Assembly (NCBI GenBank): GCA_964016885.1 | Contig: OZ024742.1 | Coordinates: forward strand, 239,568,001-239,632,000 | Source of the DNA: Eledone cirrhosa | Taxonomy: Eukaryota | DNA length: 64,000 nt | Reading direction: 5' to 3' | Shown: one piece after another, positions 1 through 18,900 of the stretch | How positions within the stretch are numbered: the first letter of the stretch is position 1 | Layout: each line of letters starts with the position of its first letter | Notes under the pieces: generated by a model | Database searches by the model: none | What the model was told of the DNA's origin: nothing | Seen by the model: the letters and a program-made list of their open reading frames with translations, nothing else | Program-made: the position numbers and the translations under genes

Positions 1-139
1 GGCTCTGCGTTTCATCCCTCAGTAAAACGTGTACCAGTAATATACTAAGGTTAATTCAATGAATCATTTTAACACTTTCACCTACAAATCTGTGACCTTA
101 TATGTCAATGTGAAAAATAATGACAATAAAAATAATTTT

Positions 140-275
140 TTCCAGCATTGGCCCAAGGCCAGAAATTTTGGGGAATCGGAAAGTTGATTATATTGACCCC
201 AGTATTTGACTGGTACTTTATTTTATCAACCATGAAAGGATGAAAGGCAAAGCTGACTTCAGCAGGATTTCACTA
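140..275 (-). mobile_element. Old tRNA-derived SINE (family A), partial
   Basis: Reverse complement of the family-A body (ctttgcctttcatcctt...gataaaataaagtaccagt) found in many other copies in this window. Confidence 0.7.
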
Positions 276-383
276 AAAGTAAATGTAGTGAATGACTGTT
301 GGCTACAGTGTTTGACAATTGAATAGAGACAATATAGGTATCTGAGAGGACTCTTCACTCTGGACAAAAATGTGACACCCTAT

Positions 384-850
384 CTAGTGCTGGTGCAATA
401 ATAAAATACACCCAGTCCACTCTGTAAAGTAGTAGTGCTGGTGCCATGATAAGATACACCTAGTCTACTCTGTAAAGTGGTAGTACTGGTGCAACAATAA
501 AACACACAGTCCACTCAGTAAAGTGATAGTGCTGGTGCAACAATAAAACACACAATCTACTCTATCAAGTGATAGTGGGAGTGCCACGATAAAACACACA
601 TAGTCCACTCTGTAAAGTGATAGTGCTGGTGACATAAGACACAACCGGCCCACTTTGTAAAGTGGTACTGCTATGGCATTGAAAAAAAAAAAAATCATCC
701 TGTACACCTTGTAAGGTTGTTGGAGTTAGGAACGGCATCCAGCTATAGAAACCATGCTAATATGGAACGCATGAGCATGGGATCACATCAACCTATCTGG
801 TCTCAGACCATGACAATCTGTTCAATTCATGCCAGAGTATAAAAAGATTT
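384..850 (+). mobile_element. RTE-tailed SINE-like element with internal ~46-bp minisatellite
   Basis: ~7 diverged units like aagtgatagtgctggtgcaacaataaaacacacagtccactctgta, then ggagttaggaacggcatccagctatagaaacc and catgccag tail motifs shared with the 1763-2487 copy. Confidence 0.65.
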
Positions 851-874
851 TAAAAATTTGTCCCAATCCTGGAG

Positions 875-1088
875 GCTTGTCAGGCTAGCACTTATCCCAA
901 TTTCCTTGGCTTTAAGTGACTCATTCCCCTGGACAAGATACCAGTTCATTACAAAGTTGACACACAACTACTGCAGGTATTCATTTTCAGCTGAGTGTTC
1001 TGGAGCAATGTGAAAAGAGGTGTCCAAGAATCAAACCCATGACATTATGATTGTAAGTCCAACACACATACCACCAGGCCACAAGCCA
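875..1088 (-). mobile_element. Old tRNA/CORE-like SINE (family B)
   Basis: cattttcagctgagtg..ctggagcaatgtgaa body and tRNA-like head in reverse orientation, as in 15960-16106. Confidence 0.6.
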
Positions 1089-1133
1089 TCGGTGTGGAAA
1101 GCAGAGGTAAAGATGATAACAATCCCGAGACTA

Positions 1134-1508
1134 CATGATGATGGTGGTGATGGTGGTGATGGTGGTGGCGGTGGTGATGGTGGTGGTGGTGGTGGTAGTG
1201 GTGGTGGTGGCGGCGGTGGTGGTGGTGGTGGTAATGGTGGTGGTTGTAGACATGGTGTAGGTGGTGGTGATGATGATGATTGCAGTGGTGGTGGTGGTGG
1301 TGATTATGGTCATGATGGTGGAAGTGGTATTGATGATGGTGGTAGTGGTGATGATTATGATGACGATGCAGTGGTGGTAGTGGTGGTGATGGTGATGGCA
1401 GTGAAGTTGATGATGATGATAATGGCTGTGCTGAATGTGATGGTGGTGTTGGCATTGGTAGTTATAATGATGGTTGTGGTCATGGTGTTGCTCTTGGTGA
1501 TGATGATG
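1134..1508. repeat. (GGT)n/(GAT)n degenerate trinucleotide repeat
   Basis: Directly visible; generates the poly-Gly/poly-His ORFs. Confidence 0.95.
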
Positions 1509-1762
1509 AATAAATAACAAAATATAAACTTTGTTTTATTTTGTTTTGTTTTTTAAATCAACTAATATCTAGATCAGGCAATGTTGAAAGAAATGAGATA
1601 GTTGTGAAGTTTACAAGGTAAACAACAATAGAAAATGAATTTTATTAGAACACAAAGTATGTTGTTTTATTTTTAACATTGTCACTGCATATGTATGGAC
1701 AGTGACAGCATGGATAGTGGACAGCACATATATACACATACATACACACATGCAAATATATG

Positions 1763-2487
1763 AAGTGGTCGTGTAGGTGTCATGACAAAAAGCACCCAGC
1801 CCACACTGTAAAGTCGTGTAGGTGTCATAAAAAACACCCAGCCCACACTGTAAAGTGGTCGTGTAGGTGTCATGACAAAAAGCACCCAGCCCACACTCTA
1901 AAGTGGTCGTGTAGGTGTCATAACAATAAACACCCAGCCTACACTGTAAAGTGGTCCTGTAGGTGTCATGACAAAAAGCACCCAGCCCACACTCTAAAGT
2001 GGTCGTGTAGGTGTCATAACAATAAACACCCAGCCCACACTGTAAAGTGGTCGTGTAGGTGTCATGACAAAAAGCACCCAGCCCACACTCTAAAGTAGTT
2101 GTGTAGATGTCATAAAAAACACCCAACCCACACTGTACAGTGGTCGTGTAGGTGTCATGACAAAAAGCACCCAGCCCACACTCTAAAGTGGTCGTGTAGG
2201 TGTCAACAAAAAACACCCAGCCCACACTGTAAAGTGGTCGTGTAGGTGTCATGACAAAAAGCACCCAGCCCACACTGTAAAGTGGCCATGTAGGTATCAC
2301 AACAAAAAGCACCCCGCCCACACTGTAAAATGGTTGGTGTTAGGAAGGGCACCCTGCCGTAGAAACCAAGCCAGAAGCAGTTTCTGTTTGAGCAAGACAT
2401 GGTCGACTGACCCAACTTGCCTCAAACGAGACAACCTGTCTAACCCATGCTAGTGTGGAAAGTAGATGTTAAACGATGATGATGATG
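1763..2487 (+). mobile_element. RTE-tailed SINE-like element with ~12 copies of a 45-48-bp internal minisatellite
   Basis: Unit aagtggtcgtgtaggtgtcatgacaaaaagcacccagcccacactgta (1763-2330), then ggtgttaggaagggc...aacccatgctagtgtggaaagtagatgttaaac(gat)n. Confidence 0.8.
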
Positions 2488-2783
2488 TGTAGATGGAAGT
2501 AAATATAAACACAGGTGTGTGCATATACATATATATACACACATCATTATCATATGAGGTAGAGTCTTAATGGCGGGCCCTCTCTATTTCAGCTCATGAT
2601 GGAAACCTGACCTGACTTGTCTCATAATTTGACAACCCATCTAACCCATGCAAGTATGGAAAATGGATGTTAAATAATGATGATGATGATATGTATATAT
2701 GAAAATAATCAAGAATTTGAAGAGTATTAGAAGTATAAATAACCCGCTTATTATTAAACTGTTGTTTAGAACACACACACATA

Positions 2784-2816
<33 letters not shown>

Positions 2817-2867
2817 GAACATATATATATATATAAATAGAACATTATATATATATAAATAGAACAT

Positions 2868-3075
2868 GGGCGGTGGATTGGCAGAGGGCGGTGGATTGGC
2901 AGTATCGGTAGAGAGTCGGACACCATGCTTTCCAGCATAGTTACGTCCCTTTACAGTCTGAGTTCAAATCCCGCCGAGGTTTACTTTGCCTTTCATCCTT
3001 ACGGGGTCGATAAAATAAAGTACCAGTAATGCACTGGGTAATTGCTGGCCTTGTGCCTAAAGTAGAAACAATTAT
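2868..3075 (+). mobile_element. Young tRNA-derived SINE (family A), 5' 17-mer duplicated
   Basis: A-box-like tggcagtatcgg, B-box gagttcaaatcc, conserved body, ends gtagaaacaatta; gggcggtggattggcag occurs twice at the head. Confidence 0.9.
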
Positions 3076-3084
3076 ATATATATA

Positions 3085-3836
3085 TGTAGTGACCTACATT
3101 CCGCGGGCTCACATACATTCTCTGTGCGTGATTTGGCTCAGTTCAGCCAATCAGCGCCAGTAGAAGAGGATGTATCCCTACGCGTCCTGAGGGAGAAATT
3201 TCGCCGCGAAGATTTGAAGAATCACTCTCTCGCACCAGGAACTTCGAACCAGCAACACGTACAATGTGACGGTGAGATTTTTCACCCTAGCCTGCCGGCT
3301 TTCCGGCGCAATGGCACATCCCCTTTTGTAACCTCTTTTTATGTGTAACTTCAACCATATAAGTTAACAAAGATTGTTTGTGCTACATCAAAAATAAACA
3401 TACATTTCATCTCTAATTTCTGCTGTTGAAATCATTATTATGTTACTCGTATCTCAATGACATATATAATCCATGCTGCTGGAATTGGCGACCTGACGAA
3501 AGGAATATTGTAAATACAAAGATGGTAAATAGACGAGGGACCTTCCCTCACGTCTATGTCGACAAGACAATCCAACGAGGATACCATCATTTTACCACAC
3601 TGGCGACCACGACTAGCCATTCTGCTACACTGGTGACCGACGTAAGAATTTAACGCAGCCTTTTTTATACAGTTGAACTTTTATTGCCATGTTGCCGGCC
3701 TTTTCGCAACTTGCGAAAATACAATATGTTCCTTTCAAAATATTTTGAAAAATTGGCAGTATTTCAAAAACTTTTCGCCACGAGGAAATTTCAAAATGGC
3801 TACCGACAAGTCCTGTCTACAATCAACAACGACAAT

Positions 3837-3870
<34 letters not shown>

Positions 3871-5808
3871 ACATTGTTTGACCACTAGCCAACAACAGGG
3901 AATAGTGAGATGGCAGCTTCATAGCCTTACCGACGCAAACCACCACACATCGGAAATTTCAAAACGGCTTGTAACTTTACCGACGCAACCACCATACCTT
4001 CTGTCTTGTTACCACAGGGACTCGAGAAATTGAGACAGTAGTTTTCTCACCATTATGGCGTCAGACGTGGCTGCCATGTTGGTGACTGCTACTCTACAGA
4101 AGATTCGTTGACTTTGCTTTAACAACAAGCAACACAACCTTTTGTCACACAAGGTGGCAGGACGGTAGAATGGTCACGAAAACTCTCAAACACAATATAC
4201 ATCTAACCCCTAGTGGCATTAACACACTTCTTTTTCAGTTTTCAGATAGAACTAGTGTCAGAAAGTCTGTACACTGGTGATGTGTGAACTATTTGACTTT
4301 GAAAAACTTTGAACTTATCATTGATCATTAATTTCTCTGCTCCCTTATATTCACTTTGAATTATCAGTTTGTTACATTCACATATTTCTTTGTGGTATGC
4401 ATTTACTTGTTTTGTGCTCTTTTGCTATTTGCTTGCTCATGGTTTTTGTTCATTCACATTCTTTGCTGTTTTACATGCCTGCATATGCACACATTTCTTT
4501 GTCACACACCAACATGTTGTTCTTGGTATATGTTCTTCAAACGTAACATTCTGCGAGATCCCTTTTCAACTGGTGGAGGTGCCGTCACATGCTAGCGACT
4601 CATAGAGTTTAATTCACCTGGATTCAAACAGGCACCGCAACACGAGAATGCTAATTGCAGCTGAACTCAAACAGTTTCGCATCTCGTTGCACACTCATCG
4701 TCCATGACGGCCTCCGTCTTGTTGTTTTTGCCCGACTCGCTGGGAAAGCAACAAATAGAACTGGACTTGTCGGCATTTCAACCACTTCTGTGGATTCGCC
4801 CGAATTATGGAATTTACACTGCAACCCACCTACAGATTGAACTTGCCTTTTTTTCTTTTCAAAGCAACCAGCCATTTTTTCCTGGCTCCCTAGCACATTC
4901 GGCAATACATCTGGGAGGCCAATATTTTCTCGCCTACCCATCATCTTCTTGCCAGCACTGGTAAACTACCATAATAGCTTCGTCCACAGCTACTGGTACA
5001 ACACTTGCCATTAACATTTAATGCAAGAACAGCAACTTCGCCCATGTCAGACTTTATCCGTTTTTGTTAGACCTTTGATGGTCACGTATAAACAACAAAA
5101 CAGCTGGTCATTTGACACAGCGGCTCAACACGGCCTGTAGCGCCTCATTTTTTTTCTTGCATGCAGCCTTCTGCTCAATTATTTTTTTTAACTGATGTGC
5201 TCTTTCAGCATTGGTTCTTGCTGATTCAATAATCTGTATCGACTTCCGTCTAGGAGAGGAGTATTGTAGTGACCTACATTCCGCGGGCTCACATACATTC
5301 TCTGTGCGTGATTTGGCTCAGTTCAGCCAATCAGCGCCAGTAGAAGAGGATGTATCCTTACGCGTCCTGAGGGAGAAATTTCCCCGCGAAGATTTGAAGA
5401 ATCACTCTCTCGCACCAGGAACTTCGAACCAGGAACACGTACAATGTGACGGTGAGATTTTTCACCCTAGCCTGCCGGCTTTCCGGTGCAATGGCACATC
5501 CCCTTTTGTAACCTCTTTTTATGTGTAACTTCAACCATATAAGTTAACAAAGATTGTTTGTGCTACATCAAAAATAAACATACATTTCATCTCTAATTTC
5601 TGCTGTTGAAATCATTATTATGTTACTCGTGTCTCAATGACATATATAATCCATGCTGCTGGAATTGGCGACCTGACGAAAGGAATATTGTAAATACAAA
5701 GATGGTAAATAGACGAAGGACCTTCCCTCACGTCTATGTCGACAAGACAATCCAACGAGGATACCATCATTTTACCACACTGGCGACCACGACAATCATT
5801 CTGCTACA
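3085..5808 (+). mobile_element. Non-autonomous Ty3/Gypsy-type LTR retroelement (LTRs 3085-3629 and 5265-5808)
   Basis: Near-identical 545/544-bp direct repeats with TG...CA termini; PBS tggtgaccgacgt at 3631 (tRNA-Trp-like); PPT aggagaggag at 5252-5261; internal 1.6 kb has no long ORF, only faint integrase-like remnants (LLWIR; VFVR/FDG). Confidence 0.92.
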
Positions 5809-5852
5809 TATATATACTGGGTAATTGCTGACCTTGTGTCTAAAGTAGAAAC

Positions 5853-6233
<381 letters not shown>

Positions 6234-6271
6234 ATATATATATATATATAGAATATATATATATATATATA

Positions 6272-6318
<47 letters not shown>

Positions 6319-6444
6319 ATATATATATATATATATATAGAATATATAAATGAAAGGTATAGAAAGTATTGTAGCAAGAAGCCAACAGTATTCCATAATA
6401 TATAAGTGACTATAGCGTCAAAATGGGAAAATAGTTAACCTAAG

Positions 6445-6477
<33 letters not shown>

Positions 6478-6500
6478 ATATATATATATATATAGAGAGA

Positions 6501-6550
<50 letters not shown>

Positions 6551-6556
<6 letters not shown>

Positions 6557-9345
6557 ATATTAAAGAAATGGAAACTATATTTATAAAACCATATTTATTC
6601 TATTATATATATTTCAAGGATACCAAAACTTTGGTATGCTATCATCAGATAAAATACAAAGTTTGTTGACATATCGAGGAAGAGAAGATCTTAACGGTTC
6701 AAGTTTTTCCTGGATAGTAAAGGAAAGAAGGGAAAGAGAAGAAAAGTCAAATATTTCAAATTATTAAGATGAGTATGCAAATGAGGTTGAAGTATAGGGC
6801 TGAAAAAAAAACGTTATTTTTAGACGCAAAGTAAATTTAAATAATTATTAAGATATATGTATGAATGTGTAGGAAGAAGAAAGAGGAAGGAAGAAAAGCT
6901 TGTATTTACGTTAATTTAAAAAGAATTAACAGTTTGTAGGATTGGTGGAATATGATTCCAGAATTTAAAAAAATTATTTAGCTATATTATGAGTTATAAT
7001 ATTTTATATATAATCAATTAGATTATATGAAGAATTATGGTTGTAAGTACATTTTATCTTATTACATTACAACAGGTTGTAAGTATATAAATATCTATAT
7101 AGATTAATAATTGTGCAAGTATAAGTATTATTGGTGATTTTATAGAAATAAACCACACGTGTTAATTGTTTATATTTCTCATATGAGTTACGAAGGTTGT
7201 TGATTTTGCATTTTACATAAATATTTAAGAAAAAGACGTAGTTCAAGTTGTAAGAGGAGAACAATTTGTAGATTCAAATATTTTGTTCCAACATTGAAAA
7301 TATTTTCAGAATATTGTTAATTTAGCGAAATTATATAATTTATCATACAAGTTATCATGTCTGTTTGCTCAATTGTAAAGGAAAAGATAACTCCAATATT
7401 ATTTGCTAACCATTAAATTTGATGAATGATTTACTTAGAAGGTATGTAGAGAAAATTATATATTATTTTGTGTGAGATTATAAGGTATTTTATATTATAT
7501 GTTTTTCAAGGATGAGAATTTCAATTACATATTATTTACGTCGAAAAATGTGTGAAAAGTTTGAAGATTAAAAAGAGGGGGAACAAATGTATTATTAAAT
7601 AAGTCAAGAGTGCATTTCGAAGAACAATCGTAAAGAGGATGTCTTTCGGAATGTCAATTAATGAGTATCAATCTATATCTAAAATATAGATTAAGAAGAG
7701 TATCATTAGGAAAAGAATATCAAATGGTAAAAATATTAAATTTAAGAAGGAAGATCATTTAAAAAAATTTAAATTTTTAAAATAAAAACTCAGTAAATAA
7801 TAGGATCATTTTAAAGATGTATAAGATATAGTCAAGTGTAATGAATATCATAGATTAAAAATACTTCGGAAAGTAGAATTTTGACGATGTCTGCAAGTAG
7901 AAAATATTTCTGTTTTTAAATTAATAGAGTTTTGACAGTTAATTATATAAAATAAATTCCTCGATACACAAATGACAGATTCTTGAGAAAGCCATATTTC
8001 GGTATGCAGGTGCTTTCGAAATCGTTCCCCAAGATATTGAATAGTCTATATTGTTGTCCTTTAAATTCCAAATTAGATGTGAAAGTGAAGTGGAAGATTT
8101 TTTATCGGACTTATTAAATGTGTTTGTGGTTGTACCAGCGTTCTTTGAATTTTGTAGAAGTTGCACCTATATAGTTAAATATTTTGTCTCTAGTTTTAAC
8201 TGTGCATTTATAAATTACGTTTTTGTCTAACCAATTATTTTGTAAAGGGCAGTCTGATTTAATTCTACAGTTACATTTTCTGGAGTTGTTGTTACTAGGA
8301 ACGGTACTATTATTAAGAATATTGTTGTTAGAAATATTATTATTGCTATCTTGGTTTGTTTGGTAGTAGGGTAGGATAGTTTTATAGTATGTCTGTTAAA
8401 AATAGAGTGGTATCTGTGGGCTTTAGGAAAACACTTATCTAGTTCTTTAAAAAATAGCTTTGCTAAAGGTGTTTTAACGCCTAATGAGAATGGGGGAGAG
8501 TACCAAATAATATTTCTAGTTCTAGTTTTTTTGTTTGGTTTACTATTTAAGTTGAATTGTTTATTGTTTTTGTTATTATAATGAATTCTAGGATGATTGA
8601 TCATGTTATTGTTATCTAAGTATTTAATTTTATTCGAGTATCCTGCTCTATGTAAAGCCTCATCTAAGAAGTTAACGATTTTGTAATTATTCTCGATTTC
8701 TAAATGAAGGTTGTAGTTGTTGAAAAACTGTATTATGGATTTCTTTCTCCTATTAATTTCACTATTGCTATGGTTTTTCAATTAAAAGTAACACATCGTC
8801 GCGATATAAACCTCCGGTTATCTCTGGCATTTTTCTATGCAGTACATTATTAATAAAATCCAACGAGGTCTGTTACTTGCGCCGAATCAGATGATCCCAC
8901 AGTGATATGAAAATTGTTTTTTCTGTCGGCTCTTGTCCAGAGATGGTTATTAAATTCTATTAGGGTTTTACGTGCTGTTAGAATGATATTCATTTCTTCA
9001 TTAGATAGGTCTGTATGTTTAGAAGCGTAGATAAGTGCCTTATTAAGTAAGCTAGGGGTAATAGAGGCGTAGTAATTTGCAATATCCATTTGAATGAAAT
9101 TTTTCTTATGTTTTAATTTATGTTTTAAACCAATCTATTACTTCCTTAGTACGTTCATAGTTAAGGTGTGACATTCCTGAGTTCTTTCAGTATTAAGTTA
9201 TTATACTCGTCCTTTTCCATACCATAGAAATTATAATTATTGGTTTTGTCAGATTTTACAGATTAATCTTCAAACTTTCAAATCTTTCGACGTAAATATA
9301 TGTAATTGAAATTCTCATCCTTGAAAAACATATAATATAAATATC
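6551..9345 (-). mobile_element. Degenerate 5'-truncated Penelope-like retroelement (RT + GIY-YIG endonuclease) with long AT-rich 3' region
   Basis: Frameshifted fragments: DIANYYASIT..., GGLYRDDVLL (~8785-8815), RNIIWYSPPFS...HSIFNRHTIKLSY, VIYKCTVKT...NYIGAT (~8160-8220), ICHLCIEE; hammerhead at 3' end; flanked by (TA)n. Confidence 0.9.
6597..6656 (-). ncRNA. Hammerhead ribozyme motif in the Penelope 3' pLTR
   Basis: auuuuau-CUGAUGA-uagcauaccaa...uugguauccuu-GAAAU-auau-A..; homologous to the 20797 and 27469 copies. Confidence 0.65.
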
Positions 9346-9354
9346 CCTTCTGCT

Positions 9355-15760
<6,406 letters not shown>

Positions 15761-16108
15761 CATCATCATCATCATCATTTCATTTAACGTCCACTTTTTC
15801 CCTGCTTGCAAGGGTGGGACGGGAACTGATTCTGGCTTGATTTCTACAGCTGGATGCCCTTCCTAACACCAACCTCATTTACAGTGAGTGCTGGGTGCTT
15901 TTTTGCCGTGGCACCTCCACGACCACTTTGCAGTGGAATGATATGGACCCCAGTCCCTATCATCTCATTTCTACAGCTGAGTAAACTGGAGCAATGTGAA
16001 ATAAAGTGTCTTGCTCAAGGAAACAACACATCACCCGGTCTGAGAATTGAACTCACAACCTTTCGATTGCAAGGCCAATGCTCTAACCACTAAGCCATGT
16101 GCCTCCAT
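15761..16108 (-). mobile_element. Composite SINE: tRNA head + CORE-like domain + 48-bp module + RTE-type (GAT)n tail
   Basis: Minus strand reads ggaggcacatggcttagtggttag..gagttcaattc..ccttgagcaagacactttatttcac..aagtggtcgtggaggtg..ggtgttaggaagggcatcc..ggacgttaaatga(tga)n; flanked by a tatatatacacacatat duplication. Confidence 0.8.
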
Positions 16109-16200
16109 GTATATATACACACATATATATATATACACACATATATATATATACACACACATATATATATATATATATACACACACACATATATATATAT

Positions 16201-16342
<142 letters not shown>

Positions 16343-16620
16343 ACATAAAAACATATATGTATACAGACGTACAGTAGTATGTATATATATATATATATAT
16401 ACATACATGCACACATATATATATGTACATATATATATGCACACATATATACAGCCGTACTAAGAGTGGGAAATGAAATTTCGTTTCATTTTTTCCGTTT
16501 ATCGTTTTCGGTGCACCCGGCCGATTAACCCACTCGATATGCAAATTGGGCTACTAAGTCGTTAATATGCATAAGGAAAGTATATATTTTCGGACGTTCA
16601 ATCATCTGGTAGGAAGGTAT

Positions 16621-16663
16621 ACGTCGCTGACGATAGCTAATAAGCTTGAAACTAGTACAGCGT
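16621..16663 (+). ncRNA. Minimal hammerhead ribozyme motif
   Basis: acgucg-CUGACGA-uagcuaauaagcuu-GAAA-CUAG-UA-cagcgu; palindromic CUAG loop; stem I has one mismatch. Confidence 0.65.
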
Positions 16664-16920
16664 TCTTTTGTCAGCGTTGAACAAACGAGCAACGATGGTT
16701 GCTAGACACTACGGCTTAATACGGGATGTTTGTTTACAAACACACCGAGCATTATAATAAATGTTCGGTGAATCCATACCTACATATATATATGTGTGCA
16801 TGTATGTATATATATATACATACTACTGTACGTCTGTATACATGTATGTATGTATACATACTTATATTTAAGTAACAGCCGTACTAAGAGTGGGAAATGA
16901 AATTTCGTTTCATTTTTTCC

Positions 16921-16953
<33 letters not shown>

Positions 16954-16957
<4 letters not shown>

Positions 16958-17523
16958 CAATGGTACCCGGCGTTGCGCGGGATAAGGTATTTTGGAACGC
17001 GGGCCGCCAACAGACCTAATCGTGGAAAAACTGCATGCCTGGACAGTATGTAAAGAAAATAAACCGAATACTCTGATGGCTGAATAATCTAAGATTTTCC
17101 TCGATGAAGCAGGAAAAAGGCAGGTTTTCACCTAATGCGGGCCCTAGGCCATAAAAAAGTTGTATTTTCTTTGCTAACGGTATGAAGAAGAGACTGACTA
17201 ATACATAGTTACAATTTCAAGAAAATCGGTCTGACGTAACGCCTAAAAAAAGCATAAAAAGCTGAAAAAAGCAGTTTTTCACCTAATGCGGGCGGGCCCT
17301 AGAGTATCAGAAAGTTGAATTTTTTATGTGCATAACACTCCCTGAAATATAAGTAATACACATGTAAAGTTTGAAAAAGATCGGTTGCGTACTTCTCGGG
17401 TTTCACACATACATACATACATACATACATACATACATACATACATACATACATACATACATACATACATACATACATACATACATACATCCTTCCTCAG
17501 TTTTATATATATACATATATAGA
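16954..17523 (-). mobile_element. Non-autonomous Helitron with internal (CATA)n
   Basis: Minus strand begins TC (tctatatat...aaaactgagg), ends with GC hairpin cccgcgcaacgccggg then CTAA (CTRR); inserted between A and T with no TSD. Confidence 0.75.
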
Positions 17524-17534
17524 TTAAAATAACA

Positions 17535-17597
17535 GATTAAAGTTTAAGCAAAGAATCGTTGCTTTCACCCTTAACGGGATCTTCTGAAACTAAAATC
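17535..17597 (-). ncRNA. Hammerhead-fold RNA with variant core (CAGAAGA)
   Basis: aguuu-CAGAAGA-ucccguuaagggu-GAAA-gcaa..uugc-UU-aaacu; second copy at 27569-27628. Confidence 0.55.
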
Positions 17598-17779
17598 ATC
17601 AATCTGTGAACGCAAAAGTAAATATTTCGAAAAACGTTGCAACCGAAGGAAAACAGAAAGATGATACTTTGGTTCGTGAAGACGTTCCCTGGCAATGAAC
17701 GGATAGTAGAGAACATAATACGTCATAATACGAACATAATACGTCATCAATGTTCGTCAGAATGTCGTAATACAGACAG

Positions 17780-18008
17780 CTAGGCATACAGACAGATATT
17801 ATAAGAGCGCGACGGAGATGGATAACCGGCGCCTAACACCCCTTTAACAACAGAAAATTGAAAAATAAAAGCTGCAGTTAATATCTTTAGACCGCAAGGA
17901 ATATATAAATGCAAGTTTGAAGTCAATCGGAGTAGAAATGTGGATTTGTATAGACTTTGCAAAAATGAGGACACACACACAGACATCAATTTTATATATA
18001 TATATATC
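17780..18008 (-). mobile_element. Probable second Helitron-type element fragment
   Basis: gcaagtttgaagtcaatcgg...acacacagacatcaattttatatatata resembles the corresponding end of the 16954-17523 Helitron. Confidence 0.45.
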
Positions 18009-18009
18009 T

Positions 18010-18088
18010 TGAGGTTGTGAATTCGATTCCTGGACCGGGCGATGCGGTATATCCTTGAGCAAGACACTTTATTTCACGTTGCTCCTTC
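18010..18088 (+). mobile_element. SINE family B fragment
   Basis: gaattcgattcctggaccgggcg..ccttgagcaagacactttatttcacgttgctcc. Confidence 0.7.
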
Positions 18089-18562
18089 TACCTGGAGTTG
18101 CGACCGATAGATAGTACTAGCAACTGGAAAGACCAACGGAACATGGTTTCCTCGGTCCGATTTGACGAAAGTCAGAAACATTAGTGTCTGCAGTTCTGTT
18201 TACATGCCAACACAGGAGCAAGAATGAAGAATTCATTCTACTGACATGGCTATAAAAATGAGGCTTGTTTGCATAATTGCAAATGAATCGAATGTTATTA
18301 TTAATATTCGAAAAACTCAGCCATGTAGAGTGAATATTTTCTTTTTTTATTTGAATTTGGCAAAGCCGGCCATTTATTGGTATACAGGAAACTGACTGGC
18401 CAGTCTGCTGATATGCAAATCTGGCTGATCAGTGGATCTGCTAATATGCAGATCTGACTGATCAGCCAGTCTGCTAATATGCAAATCAGGCCGATCAGTC
18501 ACTGTATATTTTGGAAAATAGCATATATTTTCACTAGCTCTGACAGTTGGCAGGTGAACCGT

Positions 18563-18612
18563 GAACTGTACTGATGAAGGGTGATACCCAGAAACATTAG
18601 TGTCTGCAGTTC
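18563..18612 (+). ncRNA. Intact type-I hammerhead ribozyme
   Basis: gaacugua-CUGAUGA-agggugauaccca-GAAA-cauuagug-UC-ugcaguuc: 8-bp stem I, canonical core, GUC cleavage triplet (C18604). Confidence 0.88.
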
Positions 18613-18709
18613 TGCCAACACAGGAGAAAGAATGAAGAGTTCATTCTACTGACATGGCTTTAAAAATGAGGCTTGTTTGCATAATTGCAAACGAATCGAA
18701 TGTTATTAT

Positions 18710-18900
18710 GGGCGGTGGATTGGCAGTATCGGTAGAGGGTCAGACGCATGCTTTGAAGCATAGAGTTATTTCCCTTTATGATCTGAGTTCAAATCCCGCC
18801 GAGGTTAACTTTGCCTTTCATCCTTACGGGGTCGATAAAATAAAGTGCCAGTAATGCACTGGGATAATTGCTGGCCTTGTGCCAAAAGTAGAAACAATTA
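18710..18900 (+). mobile_element. Young SINE family A
   Basis: Full-length copy inserted in the second direct repeat. Confidence 0.92.

Noticed and set aside
1020-1520. Gly-rich/His-rich ORFs resembling structural or metal-binding proteins
   Set aside because: Derived from a (GGT/GAT)n repeat abutting a SINE; no splice or domain evidence
1611-2321. Cys/His-periodic ORFs resembling zinc fingers
   Set aside because: Produced by the 48-bp minisatellite of a SINE-like element
2886-2975. tRNA gene
   Set aside because: A/B boxes belong to a multi-copy SINE head with SINE body and TSDs; no full cloverleaf
3493-3510. CUGACGA hammerhead-like core in the LTR
   Set aside because: No stem II-GAAA-UH arrangement follows
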